Below, in pieces: positions 19,678-31,931 of a stretch of DNA of 64,000 nucleotides; position 1 is the stretch's first letter; each line of letters starts with the position of its first letter. The translations under genes and the position numbers were made by a program. This DNA comes from Candidatus Sumerlaea chitinivorans (GTDB lineage: Bacteria > Sumerlaeota > Sumerlaeia > Sumerlaeales > Sumerlaeaceae): assembly GCA_003290465.1 (NCBI GenBank), contig CP030759.1, positions 1,988,572 to 2,052,571 on the forward strand, written 5' to 3'. The notes beneath the pieces are model-generated. The model was not told where the DNA came from. It searched no databases and saw only the letters and a program-made list of their open reading frames with translations.

Positions 19678-20122
19678 TTAGAAGGCCGCTCCTCAAGGTT
19701 GTGCATCGCTACCCACGCATGCGTGACACGGCGCATGGGCAAGTCAAGCATCGATACACAGGAAAACATGGTGCATGCTGCGTCTCGTAGGAACTGCACT
19801 ATACTCTATCGGACGCTGTGCGCTTTTGTCCTTCCCAAAGTTTCTTAGGAACGATGACCTAATTTGGATCGCTTGTCCGGAAATCGCAGACTTCCCATTC
19901 GAGTGGAGCACGCGCAGGAGATTTCCGAGATCTCCTCCATGCACCTCTCGCGAATCCACTTTCCAAAAATTCCCTTGCCAGCGCCTGCCGAAGTCTTGAG
20001 CTTTGCATGGGATTGAGAATGGAGCGGCACTCCACGGGTAGCCGCTCTTCAGCGCCCGCTGCTCCAAAGAGGGCTGAGCGGCCAACACCATCGCCATTAC
20101 GTGGCTAAGGAGTGAGATTCGA

Positions 20123-20950
20123 GTGATGGCATTGCGCGACCAAATTCGTGAGGCAGTGGACTTTATTCGCACGAAGACGGCACTGGTTCCTGAGGTCGGC
20201 ATCATCTTGGGCACCGGTATGGGCGCCATGGCCAAAGAGGTGGAGTCGGATGTGGTGATCGACTACGGCGACATCCCACATTTCCCAGTGTCGACCGTTG
20301 AGTCGCACGCTGGAAAACTCCATCTTGGCACGTTGATGGGCAAGCGCGTGTTCATGATGCAGGGGCGCTTCCATTACTACGAAGGTTACACCATGCAGCA
20401 GATCACCTTCCCCGTGCGCGTGATGCGCGCTCTTGGCGCCCACACGCTCATCGTGATGAACGCAGTGGGCTCAATGAATCCGCTTATTCCTCCGGGGTCG
20501 CTCGTGCTTGTGCAGGACCACATCAACCTGATGGGGGATAACCCGCTCATCGGCCCAAACGACGATGAGCTCGGCCCCCGTTTCCCGGATATGAGCCAGC
20601 CATATTCGCGCGAACTTATTGCGCTTGCGGAACAAGTGGCCCTCGAAAAGCGAATCCCCAATGTTCATCGCGGGATTATGGTGGCTGTCACTGGGCCCAA
20701 CCTCGAAACGGCTGCTGAATACAGAATGTTCCAGCGCATCGGGGCGGATATTGTGACGATGAGTACGGTTCCTGAAGTGATCGTAGCCGTTCACGGGGGG
20801 ATGCGCGTTCTGGGCATCTCCACCGTCACGGACGCGTGCCTGCCGGATGCACTCAAGCCCGCAACCCTCGAAGAAATCCTGCGGGTGGCGGCTGAGGCGG
20901 AACCGCGTCTCTCCGCGCTTGTCAAAGGTGTTCTCGAGAAAATGCCCTGA
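20123..20950 (+). CDS. punA: Purine nucleoside phosphorylase (trimeric PNP-I type)
   Basis: GIILGTG, QGRFHYYEGY, GPNLETAAE, MSTVPE. Confidence 0.92.
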   Translation: MMALRDQIREAVDFIRTKTALVPEVGIILGTGMGAMAKEVESDVVIDYGDIPHFPVSTVESHAGKLHLGTLMGKRVFMMQGRFHYYEGYTMQQITFPVRVMRALGAHTLIVMNAVGSMNPLIPPGSLVLVQDHINLMGDNPLIGPNDDELGPRFPDMSQPYSRELIALAEQVALEKRIPNVHRGIMVAVTGPNLETAAEYRMFQRIGADIVTMSTVPEVIVAVHGGMRVLGISTVTDACLPDALKPATLEEILRVAAEAEPRLSALVKGVLEKMP

Positions 20951-21005
20951 TCCACTGGCAGACAGTGGAGCATGATTTCAAAAGGACAACGAAAGGAAAC
21001 AAACC

Positions 21006-21416
21006 ATGGCAGTCGAATTTGACATCGTGTATGATGGCAACCTGATCTGTCGAGCGGTCCACGGCCCATCGCGCCAGACGTTGACGACGGACGCGCCGAC
21101 GGACAACGGCGGTCGCGGGTCTGCATTTTCGCCCACAGATCTGGTGGCGACCGCTCTCGGCACTTGCATGCTTACCATCATGGGGCTCGTTGCCCAACGC
21201 CGAGGGTGGGACATTGCAGGCACCCAGTGCCACGTGGTGAAGGAAATGGTAGCAAACCCAGTGCGCCGCATCGGCCGGCTCCAGGTTCAGATTACTCTAC
21301 CCCCAAATCCAGAGCTTACGGACGAGGCCCGAGCCGCACTTCGTCAGGCAGCGCTTACGTGCCCAGTGAAGGAGAGCCTCCATCCGGACATCGAACTCGT
21401 TTTCGAAATGAAGTAA
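21006..21416 (+). CDS. OsmC-family protein
   Basis: TDAP, SPTDLVATALGTC and CPV two-cysteine pattern. Confidence 0.9.
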   Translation: MAVEFDIVYDGNLICRAVHGPSRQTLTTDAPTDNGGRGSAFSPTDLVATALGTCMLTIMGLVAQRRGWDIAGTQCHVVKEMVANPVRRIGRLQVQITLPPNPELTDEARAALRQAALTCPVKESLHPDIELVFEMK

Positions 21417-21592
21417 GACGCTTGATGTGCCGCGGGAGCGGCACATCCATCCGTGTCCCCGATGCCGGGACCGAGTTGGGCGCAAACAGGTCTGAACTTT
21501 TCGCAGAATATCCTGAACCAATACTACGAGCAACGCCCCAGCCAAAGCGGAGCGACTACGTTCAGCGATGAATCTTCGACAAAGCGTAGGAC

Positions 21593-23569
21593 TCAGAGAT
21601 CCCCACCGTTCGGCGTCATCCAGGCCCGGATCGTGTTCGTGTCCAGATCAAGGTGTGCAAAAGCCTGCTGCTCACTGTAGGAGAGCAAGCCGAACGCTTC
21701 CTCCAGTGGGGTGTGCCCCTGTGCGGCTTTGATGAAAGCGGCTTCGCGCATCGAGAGATAGTTTCCGGTTTTCAACGCCACACGCCGTAGCTCCGCAGCA
21801 TTAAGCGCACTCAGGAGCGCATCGCGGATACTTGGATCGAGCAGAAGCATCTCAAAGACGCCGGTCCGACCATAAAACCCTAACTGATTGCAGGCGGGGC
21901 AGCCCATTCCGCGCATGAATTGCCAAGCATCCACGGTACTTCCTTTCACGTGGAATTCCGCAAAAATGTCCGGACGCGGATGGTAGGGTGCGCGGCACTG
22001 GGGACAATTCTGGCGCACGAGTCGTTGCGCCACTGAGGCTAAGCCCGTACTCGCAAGGAGATAATTGCGCAGTCCACGATCCATGATCCGCAATACAGCC
22101 CCAAACGCATCGTCCGCATGAATCGTTGAGAACACCTTATGGCCACTTTGCACGGCTTGAACCACGGCCTCGGCACTTTCGTCGTCCTTGATTTCCCCAA
22201 CGACAATGACGTCTGGGTCTTGCCGCATCATCACGCGGATTTTGTCGAGCATACCTTTCCCAGCGGTTGTACGAAGCTCACATTGCGAGATGCCCTCGAT
22301 GCTAAACTCGACGGGCTCCTCCAACGTGACGATTTTCATGTCGCTTCGGTTGAGGTAGTTTAGCGCGGCATAGAGTGAGGTCGTTTTGCCTGAACCCGTG
22401 GGGCCCGAGAAAAGAACCAAGCCCGCGGGCGAATCCAGAAACCGGCGAAAACGCATCAAGGCAGGACCTACCATTCCGAGATCGCCCAAATCCTTGAGTC
22501 CAATTTCGCGGGTCAGGGCACGGATAGTCACGGAACAACCGAAGACGGTCGGCAGAACAGAGACGCGCAGGTCGAAATCCGTATTGTCCACGTTCAGGAA
22601 AAAGTGCCCATCCACCACACTCGTCGTGTCCGAAACGTCCAGTCCAGCCAGCACCTTGATCCGGCGTACAATGCGCTCGCCCACATGTCCGGGGAGGTCG
22701 GTTTGGAAGGTCAGCTTTCCGTCGATGCGATAACGCACGCGAATCTTGCCTTTGAGCGACTCGATATGGATGTCGCTTGCTCGGCAGCGGATTGCGCTCG
22801 ACAACAAGTAGTCGAGGATGCTCACCGCCTGCCGCTCTGGGCCGGCTTCTGGGGGCGGCGGAGCCCCAACGTACCGACGAACTCCGCTACGTCCCGCTTC
22901 TTCGACCCGCGTCTGGGTCTCGGCGCGCGTCGAATATTGATATTGGTCCAGTAGGACTTCCTTGAGCACTTGGCGAATGGCTGACCTCGGACCAATCGCC
23001 AAGTCAAAGTTCCCCTTAGTGTATTGCTCAATTTTCGCGATCGCCGCTTGATCCTCGGGGTTGGGGATCAGGACGGTGACCGTGTCGCCATCCATAAACA
23101 ACGGCAGAATGGTGTGTTCGCGAAGAACGGCGTCCGGGAAGAGCTTGAGCAGCACTCGGTCAACCAACCGCCGATTGGGGACGATGTAAGGAAAGTCCAG
23201 TTGCTCGCTTAGGGCTTGGGCGAGCTGTTCTTCCGTAATCACCCCCTTGGCGACGAGAATTTCCCCGAGCGGTTTTGCGCTGAGCGCTTGCTCAGCAAGC
23301 GCCTCCTGCAGTTGCTGTTCAGTGATCAGACCGCTTTCGAGGAGGATTTGCCCAAGGGGCACCCGAAGTTTATGGCGGCGGGCAACCTCGCGAAGTTGCC
23401 GTTTGGTCACGTAGCCGAGGTCTACGAGAATCTCGGTGAGCCTCTTTTTTTGCCCCGGCTGATTGGCAACTTCGATCGCATAATGAAGCTGATTCTCGGT
23501 TATCAGCCCTTCTTGGAGCAGAATACGACCTATGGCCTGCGATTGCTGCTGTAGACTGGGTTTGTCCAT
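21593..23569 (-). CDS. GspE/PilB-family secretion ATPase with N-terminal MshEN-like repeats
   Basis: ASDIHIE, GPTGSGKTT, TLEEPVE, RQDPDVIVVGEI, CxxC zinc motifs, GRTGVFE. Confidence 0.93.
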   Translation of the reverse strand: MDKPSLQQQSQAIGRILLQEGLITENQLHYAIEVANQPGQKKRLTEILVDLGYVTKRQLREVARRHKLRVPLGQILLESGLITEQQLQEALAEQALSAKPLGEILVAKGVITEEQLAQALSEQLDFPYIVPNRRLVDRVLLKLFPDAVLREHTILPLFMDGDTVTVLIPNPEDQAAIAKIEQYTKGNFDLAIGPRSAIRQVLKEVLLDQYQYSTRAETQTRVEEAGRSGVRRYVGAPPPPEAGPERQAVSILDYLLSSAIRCRASDIHIESLKGKIRVRYRIDGKLTFQTDLPGHVGERIVRRIKVLAGLDVSDTTSVVDGHFFLNVDNTDFDLRVSVLPTVFGCSVTIRALTREIGLKDLGDLGMVGPALMRFRRFLDSPAGLVLFSGPTGSGKTTSLYAALNYLNRSDMKIVTLEEPVEFSIEGISQCELRTTAGKGMLDKIRVMMRQDPDVIVVGEIKDDESAEAVVQAVQSGHKVFSTIHADDAFGAVLRIMDRGLRNYLLASTGLASVAQRLVRQNCPQCRAPYHPRPDIFAEFHVKGSTVDAWQFMRGMGCPACNQLGFYGRTGVFEMLLLDPSIRDALLSALNAAELRRVALKTGNYLSMREAAFIKAAQGHTPLEEAFGLLSYSEQQAFAHLDLDTNTIRAWMTPNGGDL

Positions 23570-23855
23570 TGCTTCTTCCTCATCGCTTCGCACATGCCCC
23601 ACAGGCTATTGGACAGTCCGTCCCTAACCCTCTCTTTGCGTACCTTTGGGTGCGCACACAGATCACCAGCTACCCGTAGTTGTTTGACACAGCTTTCTTG
23701 CTATTTTCAAGTCGCTTGAAGAGCTTCTCGCATCACGTTGCGCTCGCCCGTGCTGGAGGCTTCCAACACGGACCTTGAGGCACAGCGGTGCTTTTGGAAG
23801 CGCTTGAGCCCACTGTTGTCCCATGATTTCGGCGGGCAAGACCACCCCGTCGCCC

Positions 23856-26018
<2,163 letters not shown>

Positions 26019-26174
26019 TTAGGCATGAGCGGCTACGCAGGCAAGCTTTGAGTGCGATGCAAGTATATCATCGACCTCTTATGCGCAGGAGCGAGCGCGA
26101 GCCGACTGCATGAAAGATGCCCCACGTCGGCCAACGAGAGACTCGTTTGGGTAACGGCGCCCCTGGCGTCCAAC

Positions 26175-28412
26175 CTAATTCCCGTGCGGCTCCTGACACC
26201 CACCGAGCGGCATGACCGAGCTCATTTCGACGTGGCTCGTCGTCACGGGGACCATCAGTCCTGCATCTACGGTTACAATGTCGCCAGCGTTCGCAACCGT
26301 AACGGGGAGGCGCGTGGTCCTGAAGCCAGTTTTTTCCACCCGCAGGGTGTAATTGCCCGGCGGGACATCCAGAATGCCATACCAGCCCATCCCATCTGTG
26401 ACCGTAGCGCTTCCGGGGAGCTCCTCCAGCATCACCGTGGCGTGGTCTACTGGAGTTGCTCCATATAGGACGTTGCCTTCTACGATTCCTGTGTTCGGCG
26501 CAACCTTCCATGCGGGCACGGGGGGATCCACCCACGTCGGATACACTTGCGCGCTCAGCGCACTATAGAATTGGGCACGTGTCTCACCGGAGGTGCTTCC
26601 CTGCACTTCGCTTCCCCAGTCATAGATATTGAGGCCAGCGGCCCCTTGCTGACGCGCGTACAAGAGTTGGTTCATTGAGTTCTGGATGCTGGTTTGCAAG
26701 TAGGCACCAATGCCGATGATACTGCCGCGCCCCGAGTCATTCGCCAAGGACCAGTTGGTCCAGCCCTGGTATCGGGCATTGTCCGTGGCGTAATTCATGA
26801 GCGCGTTGTAGTCGAGATAGTGGTTGCGCAACCAGCCGACCCAATCCTGAAAAACGCCTGCATAAGCGCTGGACGTAGGCCACGTCGACTCCGTGTAGTT
26901 GGATCCCCAGTTCACCGTACAAGCCGTGAGTACGACGTGTGGCTTGATTTTCCACGCTTTCACGTAAAGCTTCTTAACCTCAAGCGAAACGCATTCGCGG
27001 CGCCAATTCGCCCAATCCGGATCGCTGGACGAAGGAGTGCCAGACTTGCCGTACACCGCATTGAAGCGCGCCACGCTCACCGGATTGTACCCCCATGGGC
27101 CCGTGGTTTCCGGGTAGCGGATGTAGTCGAGATTGATGCCGTCAATGTCGTACTTCTGCAGACAATCCAAGATCACCGCAATGTTCCACTCGACGGTGCC
27201 TGGATGCCCGGGGTCGAGAAAGCGATTGGTACTGTCCGTGGAACCATCGGCCTTGAGCATCTCATATTCCGGATGCTGGACGAGGACGTGCGACGTATCG
27301 AGCGTTTCGCCTTTTGAAATGCGGTGCATCACAAACCACGCATGCACCTGAAGGCGTTTCTTTCCGCCACTTGTATCGTGAGCAATTTGCAACAAGTAGC
27401 CTAGCGGATCGAAAGTCGGGCCGCCCGAGATATTCGTCGCACGGGGCTCGAGGGACGACGCGTAGTAAGCATCTCCAATTTTACGAACCTCGGGAATAAT
27501 CGTGTTGATATTGTTTGCGCGGCACGTGTTCACAAGGTCCTCCGCCTGCGCCTGATTGAGGAAGCTCGCATTCCATGAGTCCGCCCAGATGCATCGCCAC
27601 TCCGCTGGGGCTGTCGTGGCCACATAGTAACTTTGTACGGTAGAGGTCGTGGCCGCTCCTTCATTGTCCACAGCACTGAGGCAGTAGCTAACGGTGCGAT
27701 TGATGGGCACAGGGGGAATGGTTGCACCGTAGACGTGGTCACCAGCGGCGCCGTCGCCGTGCGCTCCATCGTCATGCATCTGGAGTGTCGTTGTAGTACC
27801 TCCCGGCGGCGCGATAGAATAATGCAGGAAGGCAGCTGCCACCGTCGTGTCGTCGGTGATCTGGGCCGTCACAACCACCGAATCCTGCGCAACGGGTCGC
27901 GCGGGGTTGCGAGTCACATTTGAAATGGTTGGCGCGGTGTTCCCAAGGGAGACAGGGCGCCAAATGATGCAGTCCGCAATATACACGCCTGAGGCCCCTG
28001 TGTTATCCATTCGCACGCTCCCTACGGTGCCTGCTGGGAAGGGGTAGGTGCCAAGCGACACGGTCACGACCTGATTCGTACCGTACTGGTTCAGGCTCAC
28101 CACGGTGGTCCCGCTTGCATAAGTGATCGTCATCGGGGCATTCGTGGTGCGGTTCGTACTTCGGCGAAACGCCGCAAGCACCTCGTAGGTCCCGGAGGAG
28201 GGTAGGTTCGGGCGCCACACGCAGTAGCTTGGTGGGTCCGTGCTATTCATATATTGGTAGGTGCCAATGTAGCCGCTTGTCGTGCTTTGGTACCACGTTC
28301 CGACCTTGGTGAAAGCGGGCTCGCCGTCGTCGTCGTTCACGACGATGTCCTGACACACTGCGGTGACGGCAATGCCAAAAGCCCACACGGTGATGAGTAA
28401 ACCGCGTCGCAT
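26175..28412 (-). CDS. Secreted multidomain glycoside hydrolase-like protein (GHL10/YddW type)
   Basis: Signal peptide; N-terminal beta domain (WRPNLPSSGTYEV); DDGAHGDGAAGD domain; HAWF, LDPGHP, YDIDGINLDYIRY; C-terminal carboxypeptidase-regulatory-like domain. Confidence 0.85.
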   Translation of the reverse strand: MRRGLLITVWAFGIAVTAVCQDIVVNDDDGEPAFTKVGTWYQSTTSGYIGTYQYMNSTDPPSYCVWRPNLPSSGTYEVLAAFRRSTNRTTNAPMTITYASGTTVVSLNQYGTNQVVTVSLGTYPFPAGTVGSVRMDNTGASGVYIADCIIWRPVSLGNTAPTISNVTRNPARPVAQDSVVVTAQITDDTTVAAAFLHYSIAPPGGTTTTLQMHDDGAHGDGAAGDHVYGATIPPVPINRTVSYCLSAVDNEGAATTSTVQSYYVATTAPAEWRCIWADSWNASFLNQAQAEDLVNTCRANNINTIIPEVRKIGDAYYASSLEPRATNISGGPTFDPLGYLLQIAHDTSGGKKRLQVHAWFVMHRISKGETLDTSHVLVQHPEYEMLKADGSTDSTNRFLDPGHPGTVEWNIAVILDCLQKYDIDGINLDYIRYPETTGPWGYNPVSVARFNAVYGKSGTPSSSDPDWANWRRECVSLEVKKLYVKAWKIKPHVVLTACTVNWGSNYTESTWPTSSAYAGVFQDWVGWLRNHYLDYNALMNYATDNARYQGWTNWSLANDSGRGSIIGIGAYLQTSIQNSMNQLLYARQQGAAGLNIYDWGSEVQGSTSGETRAQFYSALSAQVYPTWVDPPVPAWKVAPNTGIVEGNVLYGATPVDHATVMLEELPGSATVTDGMGWYGILDVPPGNYTLRVEKTGFRTTRLPVTVANAGDIVTVDAGLMVPVTTSHVEMSSVMPLGGCQEPHGN

Positions 28413-28552
28413 TTCCTTACCCCTTCCCACGCCTGTTCGACCAAGCGTTTCGCCGTCTTCAGGTCAGAGTCCATCGCCCCAACGCGACAAAGGCAAGGCA
28501 AGAGTTTGGACGCGTGAACTCAACTGCCGCCGAAGACACCCAGCCGCCAGTC

Positions 28553-29542
28553 TCAGCGCCGCGTGAAAAATCCCTGCAGCCACGAGGAACTCGCGAGAGC
28601 AGAGCCAAATTCCGAGATTGGCTGCTGCGGAACATCTGCAAAATCGCTCGGTTGAAGGTCGACAAATTCGAGGCGGCTGGCGAGCGTGGGAGCAACCTCG
28701 AGAGCCCGCTGAGCCGTCGTGCGATCGAGCCACAAGCCCCCAAACAGTTGCCGACGCACAGGCCGACCGGCGGCGTCCACCCAGCTGGTGCTGACAAAAT
28801 CGTTAAGTCGGCTCTCGACGCGCCATGCTTGAATCTCGCCGTCGGGAAGCCGCAAAGTTTCGATGTCCCCTACCGTGATCTCCAAGACCCCGATTTGCAT
28901 GCTCCAGAGCGGATCCATGACAGGCACGCGGAAACTCGCGCCAGAGCGAATCTCGGCCGTGCGCAGGGCTAAGGGACGAACAACCTCAGCAAGCGAAATC
29001 GGCTGCTCGAGTTTGAAACGCAAGCGGGTGCGCTCCTCGCCCCGGCGTAACTCTAAAAAGAGTTCTCGGTCGGAGGAGATGAGACCGTTCATTGCAAAAT
29101 CCGCGCCCAAAATGCGGCCGAGAAGACGAAACCGGTTGAGAACCAGATCCGCATTGAGTTCGGCGAGCGCCGAAAGGGTGATCCCACCCGCACCCCCAAG
29201 TGGTCGTGGCTGCGCCTCTAAATGAAGTTCCAGAAGATATCGCGGGGTCGGAGATTGCTCACGGGTAATACTTGTGCCCATGGCCCCCACGGTTGCCCCC
29301 TGCCAAACCAAGAGGGCGTACTCGGAGTAGTCGCGCCACGTTCGTGCGATCGCGGCCGGCGCGAGGGGCGAATCGTCACCCACCACCAAGCCGCGGGATT
29401 TGCCAAGCTCGCGGTAGGCAAGCGAAGCCATCATGACAAGCCAAAACACTACGACGGCGATTGTGTAAACGCGCCGCGCATTCGAACGCTTCGTAGGTAG
29501 TGACACGCCCGTTCCATTCTCCGAATCCTCACTGGTAAGCAA
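28553..29542 (-). CDS. Hypothetical membrane-anchored protein
   Basis: Long ORF with one N-terminal TM segment (IAVVVFWLVMMASL) and a beta-rich remainder; start uncertain. Confidence 0.7.
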   Translation of the reverse strand: MLTSEDSENGTGVSLPTKRSNARRVYTIAVVVFWLVMMASLAYRELGKSRGLVVGDDSPLAPAAIARTWRDYSEYALLVWQGATVGAMGTSITREQSPTPRYLLELHLEAQPRPLGGAGGITLSALAELNADLVLNRFRLLGRILGADFAMNGLISSDRELFLELRRGEERTRLRFKLEQPISLAEVVRPLALRTAEIRSGASFRVPVMDPLWSMQIGVLEITVGDIETLRLPDGEIQAWRVESRLNDFVSTSWVDAAGRPVRRQLFGGLWLDRTTAQRALEVAPTLASRLEFVDLQPSDFADVPQQPISEFGSALASSSWLQGFFTRR

Positions 29543-29564
29543 GTAGAGAGTGACGCCCTCGCCG

Positions 29565-29700
29565 CTGAGGGGAAAAGCGAGACGGAGGAGTATGGCGATG
29601 GCCCCACGAGACGCCCTCCGCGCGGATCCAGAAAGTTCTACGCAACGTGAGGTAGCTTGATGCGTCGAATGCTAAATGAACCATCTGCCCCTCTCCTCAG
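29565..29700. ncRNA. Possible 6S-RNA-like long hairpin
   Basis: Ends CTGAGGGGA..GCGAGACGG and CCATCTGC..TCTCCTCAG pair imperfectly; lies directly upstream of the 5-formyl-THF cyclo-ligase gene. Confidence 0.3.
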
Positions 29701-29749
29701 AAATGTCCTCAGAATCCGCATCACCCTCTTGCGGTAATTGCGTTGTGAG

Positions 29750-30346
29750 ATGAATCCCGAAAAAGCTCGACTTCGCGCGGAATACCGCGCACTCCGTGCC
29801 AAGCTTTCGCCAGAAGAAGTCGCGAAGGCCGGCGAGCAGGTGACAGCGCGGTTGCGCGAACTCGAGGTCCTACGCTCTGCCCGAACGGTGTTTAGTTACG
29901 TCGAGTTTGGGCGTGAGGTCCCGACGCGACCCATCCTCCGGGAACTTCTTCAAGCGGGAAAACTCGTCGTGGCCCCAGCCCACGACCGGCTCTTGGATCA
30001 ATATCGTTGCTTCCATTTTCTGTCGCTGGGGGATCCACTGCTCGAGGGGGCGCGGCCAGACGAGGACACGCCGGATACGTGTGACCTCTTCGAGATTCGC
30101 GATGCCCAAGTTTTTCTGGTCCCCGGCCTTGTGTGGGACGAGCGAGGGTGGCGCATCGGCTTCGGCGGTGGCTACTTTGACCGGATTCTTGCTCAGCGCA
30201 GCCCCAATTCCGTGGCGATCGGGCTTGCCTACGAGTTCCAAATTATTCCGCGCATCCCGCTGGATCCTTGGGATCGTGCGGTCGACCTTATCGTGACTCC
30301 CGAGCGGGTCATTCTCACTGCCCCGAACGTTTCGTTCGGACGATAA
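29750..30346 (+). CDS. ygfA: 5-formyltetrahydrofolate cyclo-ligase
   Basis: KARLR, EVPT, LVPGL, RIGFGGGYFDR, GLAYEFQ. Confidence 0.92.
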   Translation: MNPEKARLRAEYRALRAKLSPEEVAKAGEQVTARLRELEVLRSARTVFSYVEFGREVPTRPILRELLQAGKLVVAPAHDRLLDQYRCFHFLSLGDPLLEGARPDEDTPDTCDLFEIRDAQVFLVPGLVWDERGWRIGFGGGYFDRILAQRSPNSVAIGLAYEFQIIPRIPLDPWDRAVDLIVTPERVILTAPNVSFGR

Positions 30347-30605
30347 GAAGCCGGGTCACTTGGCAAATCTTGCGTCTTTTTGGTTTGCGATCCTCAACGC
30401 GGGAGCGTTTCCGTAAAGCTACCTTCCTCGTCCAGCTTTGCAGCGCGTTGCTCATCACTCGAGCCGCTCAAAGAGTGCAAGACCGTCTTTCAAGTTGCGG
30501 CACAGCTGACGATAGGACAAAAAGGCAATGGTTGCAAGAGGTCAGTGGGTGGGGTCGCCCTCCCCTGCTCCTCGGCAATAGCCCACAAACCATGGGAGGA
30601 GAAGG

Positions 30606-31883
30606 ATGAAGACCGAACCGACGCGTTGTCCCCACTTTTGCCGCGTGATGCGCTATGGAATGGCGGCCCTGGTGTTCGCACTTGCAACGCAGGTGCCTGT
30701 TGTGGCAGAATCTAAGAAGATGGATCGGCGCGAAGCGGAAGCACTTTTGGAAGAGCAAGTTCAGGAGCTCCTTGAGAAGGTTCGTGGCAAACGGGTCGCT
30801 CTTGTGACGAACCCAACGGGAGTGGATGGCAACTTTCGCATGCTTGCGGACCGCATCCGTGACGATGCGAAGACGACGGTTGTGGCTTTCTTTGCTCCGG
30901 AGCACGGACTGCGGGGAGATGCACAAGCCGGCGCCAAGATTGTGGATTACGTGGATCCGATCACAAGCGTGCCGGTTTACTCGCTTTATGGTCAGCGGCC
31001 CGCCCCCACGCCCGAGCAGCTTGAGGGCGTCGAGATCTTGGTCTTCGACATTCAGGATGTTGGAGCCCGCTTCTACACGTACAATTGGACCATGACGCAT
31101 GCCATGCAGGCGGCTGCGCGCGCAAAAATCCCGTTCGTGGTTTTTGACCGCCCCAATCCGATCGGGGCGGACAAAGTCGAAGGAGCTCCCAACACTTCCG
31201 ATGTCGGCCTTATCGGACGGGTTTTCCCGGGTCAGCCGTTCGGAGTGGCTACGCGCCACGGCCTGACGATCGGCGAGCTGGCCACTCTGGTCAATGCCGA
31301 GTGGCTGCAAGAGAAAGCGGATCTGACGGTGATCCGCATGCGTGGATACCGACGGAATATGACCTACGATCAAACGGGACGCTTTTGGATCCCGCCGTCG
31401 CCCAATATGCCGACCCTCGAGACGGCCATGGTTTACCCGGGGATGTGTGTGTTCGAGGGGACAAATCTGAGCGAAGGGCGTGGTACCACGAAACCATTCG
31501 AGACGGTCGGCGCACCTTTTATCCGACCCGAAGAGGTTGTCGCGGCTCTCAAGCGTAAAGACCTGCCGGGAGTACGTTTCCGTCCCACTTTTTTCACTCC
31601 ACTCTTCAGCAAGTGGCAGGGGCAACTCTGCGGAGGCGTACAGGTCTATATCACGGATCGCGAGTCGTTCCGTCCCGTGCATACAGGTCTTGTCGTTCTG
31701 AAAACGCTTATTGAGCTCTACAGCCCCAAGGTCGAGGTGACCCCATTTGCTTCGAAGCTCATGGGAGTGCCGGATTTCCACACCCGCATTCGCACCGAAA
31801 GCGTGGAAGCAATCGAGGCAACTTGGGCCGACAACCTTAAGCGTTACGAGGCCTTGCGCGCGAAGCACCTGCTGTACGAGTGA
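30606..31883 (+). CDS. Exo-beta-N-acetylmuramidase NamZ (DUF1343) family protein
   Basis: Signal peptide; LVTNPTG, FAPEHG, FDIQDVGARFYTY, DRPNP, RHGLTIGE, PPSPNMP, SEGRGT. Confidence 0.92.
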   Translation: MKTEPTRCPHFCRVMRYGMAALVFALATQVPVVAESKKMDRREAEALLEEQVQELLEKVRGKRVALVTNPTGVDGNFRMLADRIRDDAKTTVVAFFAPEHGLRGDAQAGAKIVDYVDPITSVPVYSLYGQRPAPTPEQLEGVEILVFDIQDVGARFYTYNWTMTHAMQAAARAKIPFVVFDRPNPIGADKVEGAPNTSDVGLIGRVFPGQPFGVATRHGLTIGELATLVNAEWLQEKADLTVIRMRGYRRNMTYDQTGRFWIPPSPNMPTLETAMVYPGMCVFEGTNLSEGRGTTKPFETVGAPFIRPEEVVAALKRKDLPGVRFRPTFFTPLFSKWQGQLCGGVQVYITDRESFRPVHTGLVVLKTLIELYSPKVEVTPFASKLMGVPDFHTRIRTESVEAIEATWADNLKRYEALRAKHLLYE

Positions 31884-31931
31884 CGTAAGGTGTCTTTCGG
31901 GGCGCGTCGCCACCTCAGTTGCCCGCGGAAA

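Noticed and set aside
30468..31913. 481-aa minus-strand ORF
   Set aside because: Antisense to the well-supported NamZ gene.
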